Source: an uncultured delta proteobacterium (GTDB lineage: Bacteria > Desulfobacterota > Binatia > UBA9968). Taken from it: 64,000 bases of DNA. Where the stretch lies: positions 205,547-269,546 of the forward strand of contig CAVSHR010000006.1 in the NCBI GenBank assembly GCA_963727625.1, in the 5' to 3' direction. Within the stretch, counting starts at the first letter, position 1. The number at the start of each line of letters is the position of its first letter. The translations under genes and the position numbers were made by a program. Shown piece after piece: positions 9,301 through 17,085 of the stretch. The notes under the pieces were generated by a model. The model saw nothing but the letters and a program-made list of their open reading frames with translations, was not told where the DNA came from and did not search any database.

Positions 9301-10266
9301 ATGAGAAATAGTCTATTGCTTCTATTGGTCATAGTGGCCCTGGCCGTTGTCACCGCGGCTCAGGCGCAACAACCAGGGCGGATGCCGCGGATAGGTTATT
9401 TAAACATCGGGTCCAAAGTCGAGCGGCCATCTGAAGCATTCCTCCAAGGGCTGCGCGATCTCGGCTATGTCGAGGGAAAGAACATCATCATCGAGTACCG
9501 AGGGGATCCCCAAAGAAGGGAAGATCGACTGCCGGAGTTGGCGGCGGATCTGGTCCGTCTCAAAGTAGCCGTTATCGTTGCCCTGAGCCCACCGGCGGCG
9601 CGCGCCGCAAAGAACGCCACTCAGACAATCCCCATCGTCATTAGGACCACGGGAGACCCGGTTCGGGCAGGATTTGTTCAAAGTCTTGCTCGGCCGGGCG
9701 GAAATATCACGGGCGTTACCTCCATCTCATCGGAGTTATATGGCAAGCGGTTGGGGCTGCTCAAAGAGGTGATCCCGGGACTTTCCCGCGTGGGCGTTTT
9801 GCACAATCCGGACCGCAGCAACTTCAAGAAAATGCAGAGTGCGGCCAGGCCGCTAGCGTTGGAGCTTCGATCCTTAGAGGTCCGAACTTCGAATGATTTT
9901 GCCCCTGCGTTCACAACCGCAACCCGAGCCCACGCTCAAGCGCTCATCACCATAAGGACTCCACTTTTGAATAATCACCGAAAACAGATTGCCGAGTTGG
10001 CGATAAAGAGGCGGCTGCCGTCGATTTACGATGAAGTGCAATATGTCGATGTTGGCGGCCTGATGTCTTATGGGACGCACTTGGGTGACCTGCACCGGCG
10101 CGCCGCGGTTTTCGTCGACAAGATCCTCAAAGGAACTAAGCCGGCCGACATCCCAGTGGAGCAGCCAACGAAATTCGAGTTCGTGATCAATCTTAAAACC
10201 GCCAAGCAGATCGGTCTGACGATCCCGCCGAATGTGCTGGCGCGGGCGGACAGAGTAATTAGGTAA
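9301..10266 (+). CDS. PF04392-type SBP, paralogue 4
   Basis: RBS GGGAGGAGAG. Signal peptide, then PRIGYL, LRDLGYVEGKN, ARPGGNITG and [30 protein letters not shown]. Confidence 0.9.
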   Translation: MRNSLLLLLVIVALAVVTAAQAQQPGRMPRIGYLNIGSKVERPSEAFLQGLRDLGYVEGKNIIIEYRGDPQRREDRLPELAADLVRLKVAVIVALSPPAARAAKNATQTIPIVIRTTGDPVRAGFVQSLARPGGNITGVTSISSELYGKRLGLLKEVIPGLSRVGVLHNPDRSNFKKMQSAARPLALELRSLEVRTSNDFAPAFTTATRAHAQALITIRTPLLNNHRKQIAELAIKRRLPSIYDEVQYVDVGGLMSYGTHLGDLHRRAAVFVDKILKGTKPADIPVEQPTKFEFVINLKTAKQIGLTIPPNVLARADRVIR

Positions 10267-10313
10267 GTCCTGATCGGCGGACCGGTAATTTTCAAGAAAA
10301 GGAGGTGCAAGGC

Positions 10314-11288
10314 ATGATCACAAGGTCTCTCACCGTCCTGTTCGCTTGTGCGATTCTGTTGTTTCACGAACCCAGCCAAGCGCAACAGCCGAAGCGAATC
10401 TGGCAGATCGGTTTGTTCCATGTGGGGTTGGACCATGTTCCGCCGTCATTTCCCGCGCTAAGGGAAGCAATCAAAGAACTGGGCTACGAAGAGGGAAAAA
10501 ACAGCCATTTGGACTGGCGCAACCTGCCCGACGATGCGGCGGCCCTTGCTACCGCCCAAGAATTTACCCGCCAACCGGTCGATTTGATCGTGGCCTTTGA
10601 GGACCAGACGATTCGCGCTGCCAAGGCAGCCACCTCTGAAGTGCCAGTTTTATTCCTGCACGCGAATGCTCCTGTGAAGGATGGGTTTGTGAAAAGTTTT
10701 GCCCACCCTGGCGGTAATATGACCGGCTTCGTCACATGGCCCGTGTCCTATGGCAAGCGTGTCGAATTGTTCAAAGAGTTGATTCCTGATCTCCGCAGTC
10801 TGCTCCTGATCGCTCATCCGGACGATCCCGTCGGGCATCGCTGGCTGCAAGAAATGCGCAGCGCCGGCGCCGCGCTGAAGCTTCGTTTGATCGAGCGCGA
10901 AGTCAGCAATCAAGCGGAAATCGAACGGGTGATGCGGTCCGTAAGGCGAGATGAAGTCGGCGGAGTCTTGGTAGCGTCTCTGATTCTCCGCAACAGTTAC
11001 AGTTCGCTGATCGTCGATATTGCCTCGGAGCGGCGTCTACCCTTGGGGATGCATCGCAAAGAATGGGTCGAGCGGGGCGCGTTGTTTTCCTATGCGGCGG
11101 ACCTCGCCTCCGTCGGCCGGGCCGCCGCCCCCTATGTCGACAGGATTCTCAAAGGTACCAAGCCGGCGGATCTGCCGGTCGATCAGGTATCGCGATTCGA
11201 GCTGGTGATCAATCTGAAATCAGCCCAGAAACTTGGCCTGACGATTCCCCAATCGGTTCTGTTTCGCGCAACCAAGGTGATCAAATGA
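10314..11288 (+). CDS. PF04392-type SBP, paralogue 5 (divergent)
   Basis: AAAGGAGG lies 6 nt upstream of ATG 10314. Signal peptide ends SQAQQPKR, then AHPGGNMTG and FELVINLKSAQKLGLTIPQSVLFRATKVIK. Confidence 0.85.
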   Translation: MITRSLTVLFACAILLFHEPSQAQQPKRIWQIGLFHVGLDHVPPSFPALREAIKELGYEEGKNSHLDWRNLPDDAAALATAQEFTRQPVDLIVAFEDQTIRAAKAATSEVPVLFLHANAPVKDGFVKSFAHPGGNMTGFVTWPVSYGKRVELFKELIPDLRSLLLIAHPDDPVGHRWLQEMRSAGAALKLRLIEREVSNQAEIERVMRSVRRDEVGGVLVASLILRNSYSSLIVDIASERRLPLGMHRKEWVERGALFSYAADLASVGRAAAPYVDRILKGTKPADLPVDQVSRFELVINLKSAQKLGLTIPQSVLFRATKVIK

Positions 11289-11385
11289 TCGAGCCGAAGT
11301 CGCAAGTCGCGGAGGGCGAAACACGGCCCCTAGGAAACCTCGCAAGCGATAGCCCAATTAATTAAATCCTTCAAGGAGGTGGGTT

Positions 11386-11977
11386 ATGACGCGCAACAAA
11401 ATGATTTTGTCCGTGCTGCTGGCGGCCATCGTCCACGCGGGCGGAGCATGGGCACAACAATAGTTCACCATCAAGAATCTTGTCGAGAAAAAGGTGTAAG
11501 AGTCACCGGCAGGGTCGCTTTACTGGCGGATCGAGAACTTTGCCGGCCTCGCCGAGGCGCAGGCCGCCGCCGGTCCTACGGCACTGGCAGCTCCATCGAT
11601 GGGCAAGGTTTGGCTCTTTACGCTCGGCGGCACCGGTGGATCAACACCGGGAGGCATCAAGGTCCTGAGGTCGGACCCATTCCCCTGTTCGTTGCGCCGG
11701 ACTATCTCCTGCGTATCAACGAGGCGAGCGGCCCTCCTGGCAGCGTAACGTCCCAGCACACTCATCCGGGCTTCGAGACCTTCTACGTGCTCGCTGGGGA
11801 GCAAACCATTCGTACGCCTCAAGGCGTGCTCCGTGTTCGGGCTGGCCAACCCGCGACCGACCGTGACGCAGACAATCCGATGCGTTCTCGAGCAGCGGCT
11901 CGACAGATCTTCACTCCTTGGCGATGTTCGTGGTAGATGCCACCAGGCCTTTTTCATATCCGGCCACGCTGCCCTAG
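11386..11977 (+). pseudogene. Decayed secreted cupin-domain gene
   Basis: AAGGAGG plus ATG 11386 gives the signal peptide MTRNKMILSVLLAAIVHAGGAWAQQ. An in-frame TAG follows at 11461 and a TAA about 33 nt later. The cupin core (SQHTHPGFETFYVLAGEQTIRTPQG) and the C-terminus (TDLHSLAMFVVDATRPFSYPATLP-TAG 11975) lie in two other frames. Confidence 0.6.
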
Positions 11978-11997
11978 GCTGGCTGCGGTCCCGCATA

Positions 11998-12048
11998 CTC
12001 TCGATTCCTCCGAACGTGCTGGCGCGGGCGGATCGGGTGATCAAATGA
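11998..12048 (+). pseudogene. 3' stump of a PF04392 SBP paralogue (about 16 codons)
   Basis: Reads [19 protein letters not shown] with no upstream SBP body. Confidence 0.7.
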
Positions 12049-12241
12049 CCTACGGGAATGCTCGGATCGAACTTTGTTCTCCATCAACTAAGTGTCGCAT
12101 GAAGCCAAACTGAAGCGTAGTTCAGTTCAATCGGACGTTGAATGAGCATCTTCCCCCGAAGCACCGGTTCCCTTTCCACTATAATTCTTATTATTCTCAG
12201 CTTCCGTCTTTATCTTACATACGCTCGCGAACGAGGTGGAT

Positions 12242-13225
12242 ATGAAAAGACTTGGTTCACTATCAATCCTGGTTGCAGTGAGTTTGCTTACTGTTGCGAT
12301 TCCGGCCGAGGCGCAGCAGGCAGTTCAACCGGCGCGTATCTGTTGGCTTTCCGCCGGTGGGGGCGGTGATCATTTGGCTCTCAATGCATTCCGCGACGGC
12401 ATGCGTGACCTAGGGTACGTTGAAGGCCGCAATCTAGTGATCGATGCACGTTGGGGCGATGGATCTAAAAAGCTCCTCGACCAGTACGCGGTCGAGCTAG
12501 TACGCTCAAGCCCCCGGGTGCTCGTGACGCAAGCAGGACAGGCGATCTTTGCCGTACGTCGGACAAAGCCGACGATCCCGATCGTGTTCGGGCTCAGCGG
12601 CGATCCGGTGGAAGCTGGATTAGTCGACAGCTTCGCGCATCCCGGCGGTAATTTTACCGGCGTGTCTTTTCTTTCCCTTGACCTTGTCGGCAAGCGCATG
12701 GTGCTGCTGAAGGAAACCATTGTCTCGCTCAAGCGCGTCGCCGTGCTCGCTAATCCGAGTCATCCAGGCGAGAAAAGCGAGCAGAGCGCAACCCGCGCTG
12801 CGGCAAAAGCGCTCGGTCTCGATTTTGAGTATTTTCCGGCACGGCCAGGACAGGATTACGACCGCGTCCTTCCCGCCGTCGCCAAATCTCGTAGCCAAGC
12901 GTTATTTGTTTTTCCCGATGCTGGAGTAATCGGAAACAGTGAAAAGATCGCCGCCTTCTCAGTGAAGAATCGCATCCCGGCGATGTCCGGTTGGGCCGAA
13001 TTTGCCGAGCGAGGAAATCTTATGACCTACGGTCCAATTTTGAATGAAGGTTACCGGCGGCTGGCAACGTACGTCGATAAAATTCTTAAGAGAGCCAAGC
13101 CGATGGATCTGCCGGTCGAGCTGCCGAAGAAGTTCGAGCTAGTGATCAATCTGAAAACCGCCAAGCAGATCGGCCTGACGATTCCGCCGAACGTGCTGGC
13201 AAGGGCAGACAGGGTCATTCGATGA
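12242..13225 (+). CDS. PF04392-type SBP, paralogue 6
   Basis: Signal peptide ending AEAQQ, then MRDLGYVEGRN, AHPGGNFTG and [30 protein letters not shown]. Confidence 0.9.
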   Translation: MKRLGSLSILVAVSLLTVAIPAEAQQAVQPARICWLSAGGGGDHLALNAFRDGMRDLGYVEGRNLVIDARWGDGSKKLLDQYAVELVRSSPRVLVTQAGQAIFAVRRTKPTIPIVFGLSGDPVEAGLVDSFAHPGGNFTGVSFLSLDLVGKRMVLLKETIVSLKRVAVLANPSHPGEKSEQSATRAAAKALGLDFEYFPARPGQDYDRVLPAVAKSRSQALFVFPDAGVIGNSEKIAAFSVKNRIPAMSGWAEFAERGNLMTYGPILNEGYRRLATYVDKILKRAKPMDLPVELPKKFELVINLKTAKQIGLTIPPNVLARADRVIR

Positions 13226-13251
13226 ATGGTCAGGCGAAAAGCTTGAGTTTC

Positions 13252-13716
13252 TCAGCTCTGAAGAAAATCGCACAGGACCAGTATTTCGATGGCGTTAACT
13301 TTCTTCACGCGCTTATCGTTGGTCAAAAACAGAGTGGCCTCCTGTTGAATGGCCGCAGCGATTTGCAGGGCATCGGGCAGCCGGAGCGTGTAGCGCGCCC
13401 GAATGAGCGCCGCGGCTTCAGCCAGTTTCTCGTCGATTGTTACGACGGAGAGCGAAGCGAAAGACTTCAGGCTGAATTTGATTTCATCGGCCAGAGAAAA
13501 GTTCTTATCGGCAAACGGTTTTGCGAGGATCTCGGCCAGTGTCACGGCCGAGGTGACGGCACGCAGAGCATGATTCTCCAAAAGACTAAATACCGGATCG
13601 AGAAGATCGGCATACGGAGTAACTTCCTCGATATAATAAATGAAGGGCGCGGTATCGAGACCAACGACCTTGTGCTTTTCGATGACCCGTCGCAGTCTAT
13701 GCGCGTTGCCATTCAT
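13252..13716 (-). CDS. vapC: PIN-domain toxin VapC
   Basis: 154 aa with PIN acidic residues in context (VVGLDTAPFIY, TLAEIL, LPDALQIAAA, FLTNDKR). It overlaps the upstream antitoxin gene by 20 nt. Confidence 0.85.
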   Translation of the reverse strand: MNGNAHRLRRVIEKHKVVGLDTAPFIYYIEEVTPYADLLDPVFSLLENHALRAVTSAVTLAEILAKPFADKNFSLADEIKFSLKSFASLSVVTIDEKLAEAAALIRARYTLRLPDALQIAAAIQQEATLFLTNDKRVKKVNAIEILVLCDFLQS

Positions 13717-13942
13717 CCCGCAGCTTCTCTAGATAGGCATCAATCTTGGCGCGACTGCCCCAGGTGCCTTTGCCGAGACCGCGCAGACGCCCGGCAGAAC
13801 TTTTCGGTTTAGGCCGGAGGATAATTTTGTTGCCCTCAACGACAGCGGCCAACTGGTCGCCGGGCTTTAAGTCCAAGCTCTTGCGGATCTCTTTGGAAAT
13901 GACGATTTGCGACTTTTGATTAAGAGTTAGCACCGATTCCAT
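13697..13942 (-). CDS. vapB: AbrB/SpoVT-domain antitoxin VapB
   Basis: 81 aa. N-terminal swapped-hairpin-type motif (QIVISKEIRKSLDLKPGDQLAAVVEGNKIILRP). GGAG RBS. Confidence 0.8.
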   Translation of the reverse strand: MESVLTLNQKSQIVISKEIRKSLDLKPGDQLAAVVEGNKIILRPKPKSSAGRLRGLGKGTWGSRAKIDAYLEKLRDEWQRA

Positions 13943-13951
13943 AATTATACT

Positions 13952-13968
13952 CCAAATGATCGATTTGG
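13952..13968. promoter_or_regulatory. Candidate VapB operator
   Basis: Inverted repeat CCAAAT-N5-ATTTGG lies immediately upstream of the vapB start, inside a TTGATT-N17-TAAATT promoter-like region on the minus strand. Confidence 0.35.
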
Positions 13969-14009
13969 GATAAATTTATCAGACTTGGGTTACTGAATCA
14001 ACTGACACA

Positions 14010-14078
14010 ACCGCGAAACAAATCGGCCTGACGATCCCGCCGAATGTGTTGGCGCGGGCGGACCGGGTCATCAGATGA
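14010..14078 (+). pseudogene. 3' stump of a PF04392 SBP paralogue (22 codons)
   Basis: Reads [25 protein letters not shown] with no upstream body. Confidence 0.8.
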
Positions 14079-14158
14079 CACTGCTGAGGACTGAGTTGAA
14101 AATCAGGAAAAACTCAGTACTCATGGCCCAGCACTCAGGACTTCCGTGGGGCGGAGCG

Positions 14159-15139
14159 ATGAAAAATATTTATTGTTTTCTTTTAATCGTCGCGTACTTG
14201 GGCGGCGGTGCAATCGCCGAGGCGGAGCAGCCGAAGAAGGTCTCTCGGATAGGGTATCTATCGGCGCTCTCACAACCCGCTGACTCTTACCGCAGCGAGG
14301 CATTCCGCCGAGGGCTGCGCGAGCTCGGCTATGTCGAGAAAAAAAACGTCACCATCGAATACCGATATGCGAAAGGTAAGGTCAATGTCCTCTCCGAGCT
14401 TGCGGCCGAGCTTGTTCGTCTCAAAGTAGACATCATTGTTACGCAGAGCACGCTCGATGCCTATGCTGCCAGGCAATCGACAAGCGCAATTCCCATCGTC
14501 ATGATCGCCAGCGACGATCCGGTGGGCACCGGGCTCGTCGCCAGCCTGGCGCGGCCTGGTGGTAACATCACCGGGCTGACATCTCTTTCCCGGGAGCTAA
14601 GCGGTAAGCGGCTGGAGCTGCTCAAGGAGGCGGTACGCGGACTCGCGCGCGTGGCGGTCCTCTGGAATGCGGCTAACCCAGACAAGGCCCGCGATGTCGA
14701 AGCGACGCAGGTCCAGGCAAGAACGTTAGGTCTAGAGCTTCAATCCCTAGAGGTGCGGGGTCCCGATGATTTTGACGGCGCATTCCAAACCGCCACCAGA
14801 AAGCGTGCTGGCGCGCTCCTCATGTTAGCAGACCCCTTGACCATTACTTATCAATCACGGATCGTAAACCTGGCGACAAAAAGCCGGCTGCCGTCGATGC
14901 ATGAGCAGAGGGAGTTTGTGGATGCTGGAGGCCTGATGGCCTATGGGCCCAGCCTTCTCGGTCTGTTCCGGCACGTCGCTACCTATGTGGACAAGATTCT
15001 CAAAGGCGCCAAGCCTGCCGACCTCCCTGTGGAGCAGCCGACGCAGTTTGAGCTGGTCATCAACCTGAAGACCGCTAAGAACATCGGCCTTACCCTCCCG
15101 CCTGAACTGCTTGCCCGGGCAAACAAAGTTATTAAATGA
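14159..15139 (+). CDS. PF04392-type SBP, paralogue 7
   Basis: The track ORF begins at 14075 inside the spacer. ATG 14159 (GGAGCG upstream) starts the signal peptide MKNIYCFLLIVAYLGGGAIAEAEQPKKVSRIGYL. ARPGGNITG is present and the C-terminus reads FELVINLKTAKNIGLTLPPELLARANKVIK. Confidence 0.9.
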   Translation: MKNIYCFLLIVAYLGGGAIAEAEQPKKVSRIGYLSALSQPADSYRSEAFRRGLRELGYVEKKNVTIEYRYAKGKVNVLSELAAELVRLKVDIIVTQSTLDAYAARQSTSAIPIVMIASDDPVGTGLVASLARPGGNITGLTSLSRELSGKRLELLKEAVRGLARVAVLWNAANPDKARDVEATQVQARTLGLELQSLEVRGPDDFDGAFQTATRKRAGALLMLADPLTITYQSRIVNLATKSRLPSMHEQREFVDAGGLMAYGPSLLGLFRHVATYVDKILKGAKPADLPVEQPTQFELVINLKTAKNIGLTLPPELLARANKVIK

Positions 15140-15249
15140 TAGCGCGCCTTGCATGTGGAATCTTTTGCCTCTCGAAGAGAAGGATCTTTCAGCACTCGGC
15201 CAGATAAATGCGCCATGGACAACCTGGGCTCCTAAGAAGGGATAGAACG

Positions 15250-15792
15250 ATGAAGAGAAAAAAGCCTCTCATGGCAATCTTTCTAGGCGGCCTGCTTCTC
15301 CTGCTATCGACGCCGCTTCTTGCGGTGAACGTCGGGGATAAGGCACCGGACTTTGAACTTCCCAGCACGAGAGGAGGAAAACTCAAGCTGAGCAGCCTTC
15401 GGGGGAGAAATGTGCTGATTAACTTTTACCTCACTGATTACAGCCCCACGTGAACCAAGCATATTCTCTCGTCCGGTGCGGACAATTACGCAAAGTTCAA
15501 GGCAGAGAATACCGAGGTTTTGGGCATAAGCGCCAATGCGCCCTTTTCTCAAAAGGCCTTCGCGGAGTTTCTGAAATTGAATTATCCCCTTCTCAGTGAT
15601 TCTCAGGACCAAAAGGTCATGAAGTCCTACGGCGTATTCGACAAAGCGAGCGGCGGTGTCAAGCGTTCGTATTTTCTTATCGACAAGAAGGGCATTGTCC
15701 GTTTCAAGAGCGTCAGGCCCAGCGCCCTGGAACAAGACCTTCTCTCCACCGACGAGCTACTGAAAGAGGTCAAGAAAATCAACAAAGGTTAG
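15250..15792 (+). CDS. Secreted BCP/PrxQ-type peroxiredoxin with in-frame UGA (candidate selenocysteine)
   Basis: Track ORFs 15208..15453 and 15520..15792 share one frame, with TGA at 15451-15453. The joined product has a signal peptide, then [12 protein letters not shown]...[50 protein letters not shown]...[14 protein letters not shown]. The UGA sits at the peroxidatic Cys position (D-x-T-P-G-C-T in PrxQ). Confidence 0.75.
15471..15483 (+). promoter_or_regulatory. SECIS-like hairpin after the Prx-1 UGA
   Basis: GUCCG-GUG-CGGAC (alternatively a GGUGC loop) starts about 17 nt after the UGA. Short stem, so weak on its own. Confidence 0.3.
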
Positions 15793-15797
15793 GGAAG

Positions 15798-15902
15798 CAG
15801 CCGACCAAATTCGAGCGGGTAATTAATATCAAGGCCGCCAAGCAGATCGGTCTGACGATCCCGCCGAATGTGCTGGCGCGGGCGGACAAAGTGATTCGAT
15901 AG
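15798..15902 (+). pseudogene. 3' stump of a PF04392 SBP paralogue (34 codons)
   Basis: Reads [37 protein letters not shown] and begins 5 nt after the Prx stop. Confidence 0.8.
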
Positions 15903-15942
15903 CATTTTCGGCTTTGGATTTTCGATTTGAGGGAAACGAACG

Positions 15943-16992
15943 ATGAATGTAGTTTCTTTGAAGAGAATTTCCGAGCCTTACTCCGACAATCTAAAATCGG
16001 CAATCCAAAATCCAAAATGGTGGGGAATCTTTGCATTCTCGCTCGCATTGGTCTTCGGTGGGTTTGAGGCACGGGCGCAGGAGCAACGCAAAATCCCCCG
16101 GATCGGCTATTTGTCCAACACCGATCCAGATCGAGATTCCGCCCGTGCCACGGCCTTTAAGCTTGCACTGCGCGACCTGGGGTACATCGAAGGAAAAAGC
16201 GTCGCCATCGAGTACCGAGACGCTAGGGGCGGGCGCGATCGGCAACGGAAATACGCTGCCGAGCTGGCGAGTTTGCCCGTCAATTTAATCTTTGCAACGT
16301 CAACAACAATGGCCCTGGCTGCCAAAAGTTTCACCAAAGCGATTCCAATCATCTTTCTTAGTGCCACAGAGCCTGTGACATCGGGACTCGTAAAGAGCCT
16401 GGCACGCCCCAGCGGAAATCTTACAGGGTTTGCCACGATCGCAGCGGCATTAGCTGGCAAACGCTTGGAGTTGCTCAAGGAGACCCTTCCCAACCTTACG
16501 CGACTCGCCATCTTGTGGCAGCCGCAAAATAAAGGATCTGAAGAATCGTGGAAGGAAAGCCAACTGGCGGCTCGACAGCTCGGCTTGAAGATCCATTCCA
16601 TGGAGGTCAGCAGCCCTGACAAGTTCGAGAGCGCTTTCGGTCTTGCGAGCAAGGCGAACAGCGATGCGCTAGCCGTGACGTTGAGTAGTTTATTCAGTTT
16701 AAATCGAAAATTGATTGTTTCCCTAGCAGCCAAACATCGGCTACCCGCGATCTACACGCGCGATGAATTCGCCGATAGGGGTGGTTTGATGTCCTATGGT
16801 GCAGATGAAGGTGAGCCATTCAAGCGCATCGGCGTGATGATCGACAAGATTCTGAAAGGCGCGAAGCCTGCCGACCTACCAGTAGAGCAGCCGACGAAGT
16901 TCGAGTTGGTCATCAATTTAAGAACGGCCAAACAGATCGGCCTCACTATCCCGCCCAACGTGCTGGAAAGGGCGGATCGGGTGATCAGATGA
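15943..16992 (+). CDS. PF04392-type SBP, paralogue 8
   Basis: Long N-terminus, then WWGIFAFSLALVFGGFEARAQEQRKIPRIGYL, ARPSGNLTG and [30 protein letters not shown]. Confidence 0.85.
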   Translation: MNVVSLKRISEPYSDNLKSAIQNPKWWGIFAFSLALVFGGFEARAQEQRKIPRIGYLSNTDPDRDSARATAFKLALRDLGYIEGKSVAIEYRDARGGRDRQRKYAAELASLPVNLIFATSTTMALAAKSFTKAIPIIFLSATEPVTSGLVKSLARPSGNLTGFATIAAALAGKRLELLKETLPNLTRLAILWQPQNKGSEESWKESQLAARQLGLKIHSMEVSSPDKFESAFGLASKANSDALAVTLSSLFSLNRKLIVSLAAKHRLPAIYTRDEFADRGGLMSYGADEGEPFKRIGVMIDKILKGAKPADLPVEQPTKFELVINLRTAKQIGLTIPPNVLERADRVIR

Positions 16993-17085
16993 CAGGACTG
17001 AGGGCTGAGCAATGAGTGCGAGTCTCCGGGCCTCTCCAACTCAGTACTCAGTCTTCGCTGGTCAGTCCTTTGCTGAAGAGGAGCG

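Noticed and set aside
9075-15902. Regularly recurring conserved segments of about 50-130 nt between genes. Could they be a CRISPR array or attC sites of an integron-like (CALIN) cassette array?
   Set aside because: - The repeats are protein-coding 3' ends of the SBP family. They are in frame, end at stop codons, and vary at synonymous sites.
- They are not short identical direct repeats with unique spacers.
- No integrase is present and no GTTRRRY/RYYYAAC core sites were seen.
- Breakpoints differ between copies.
17059-17074. Second sigma-54-like motif TGGTCAGTCCTTTGCT, with correct GG-N10-GC spacing, upstream of SBP9.
   Set aside because: The predicted TSS would fall on the RBS and ATG (17078-17088), and the -24 element is poor. 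It is kept only as a weak possibility.
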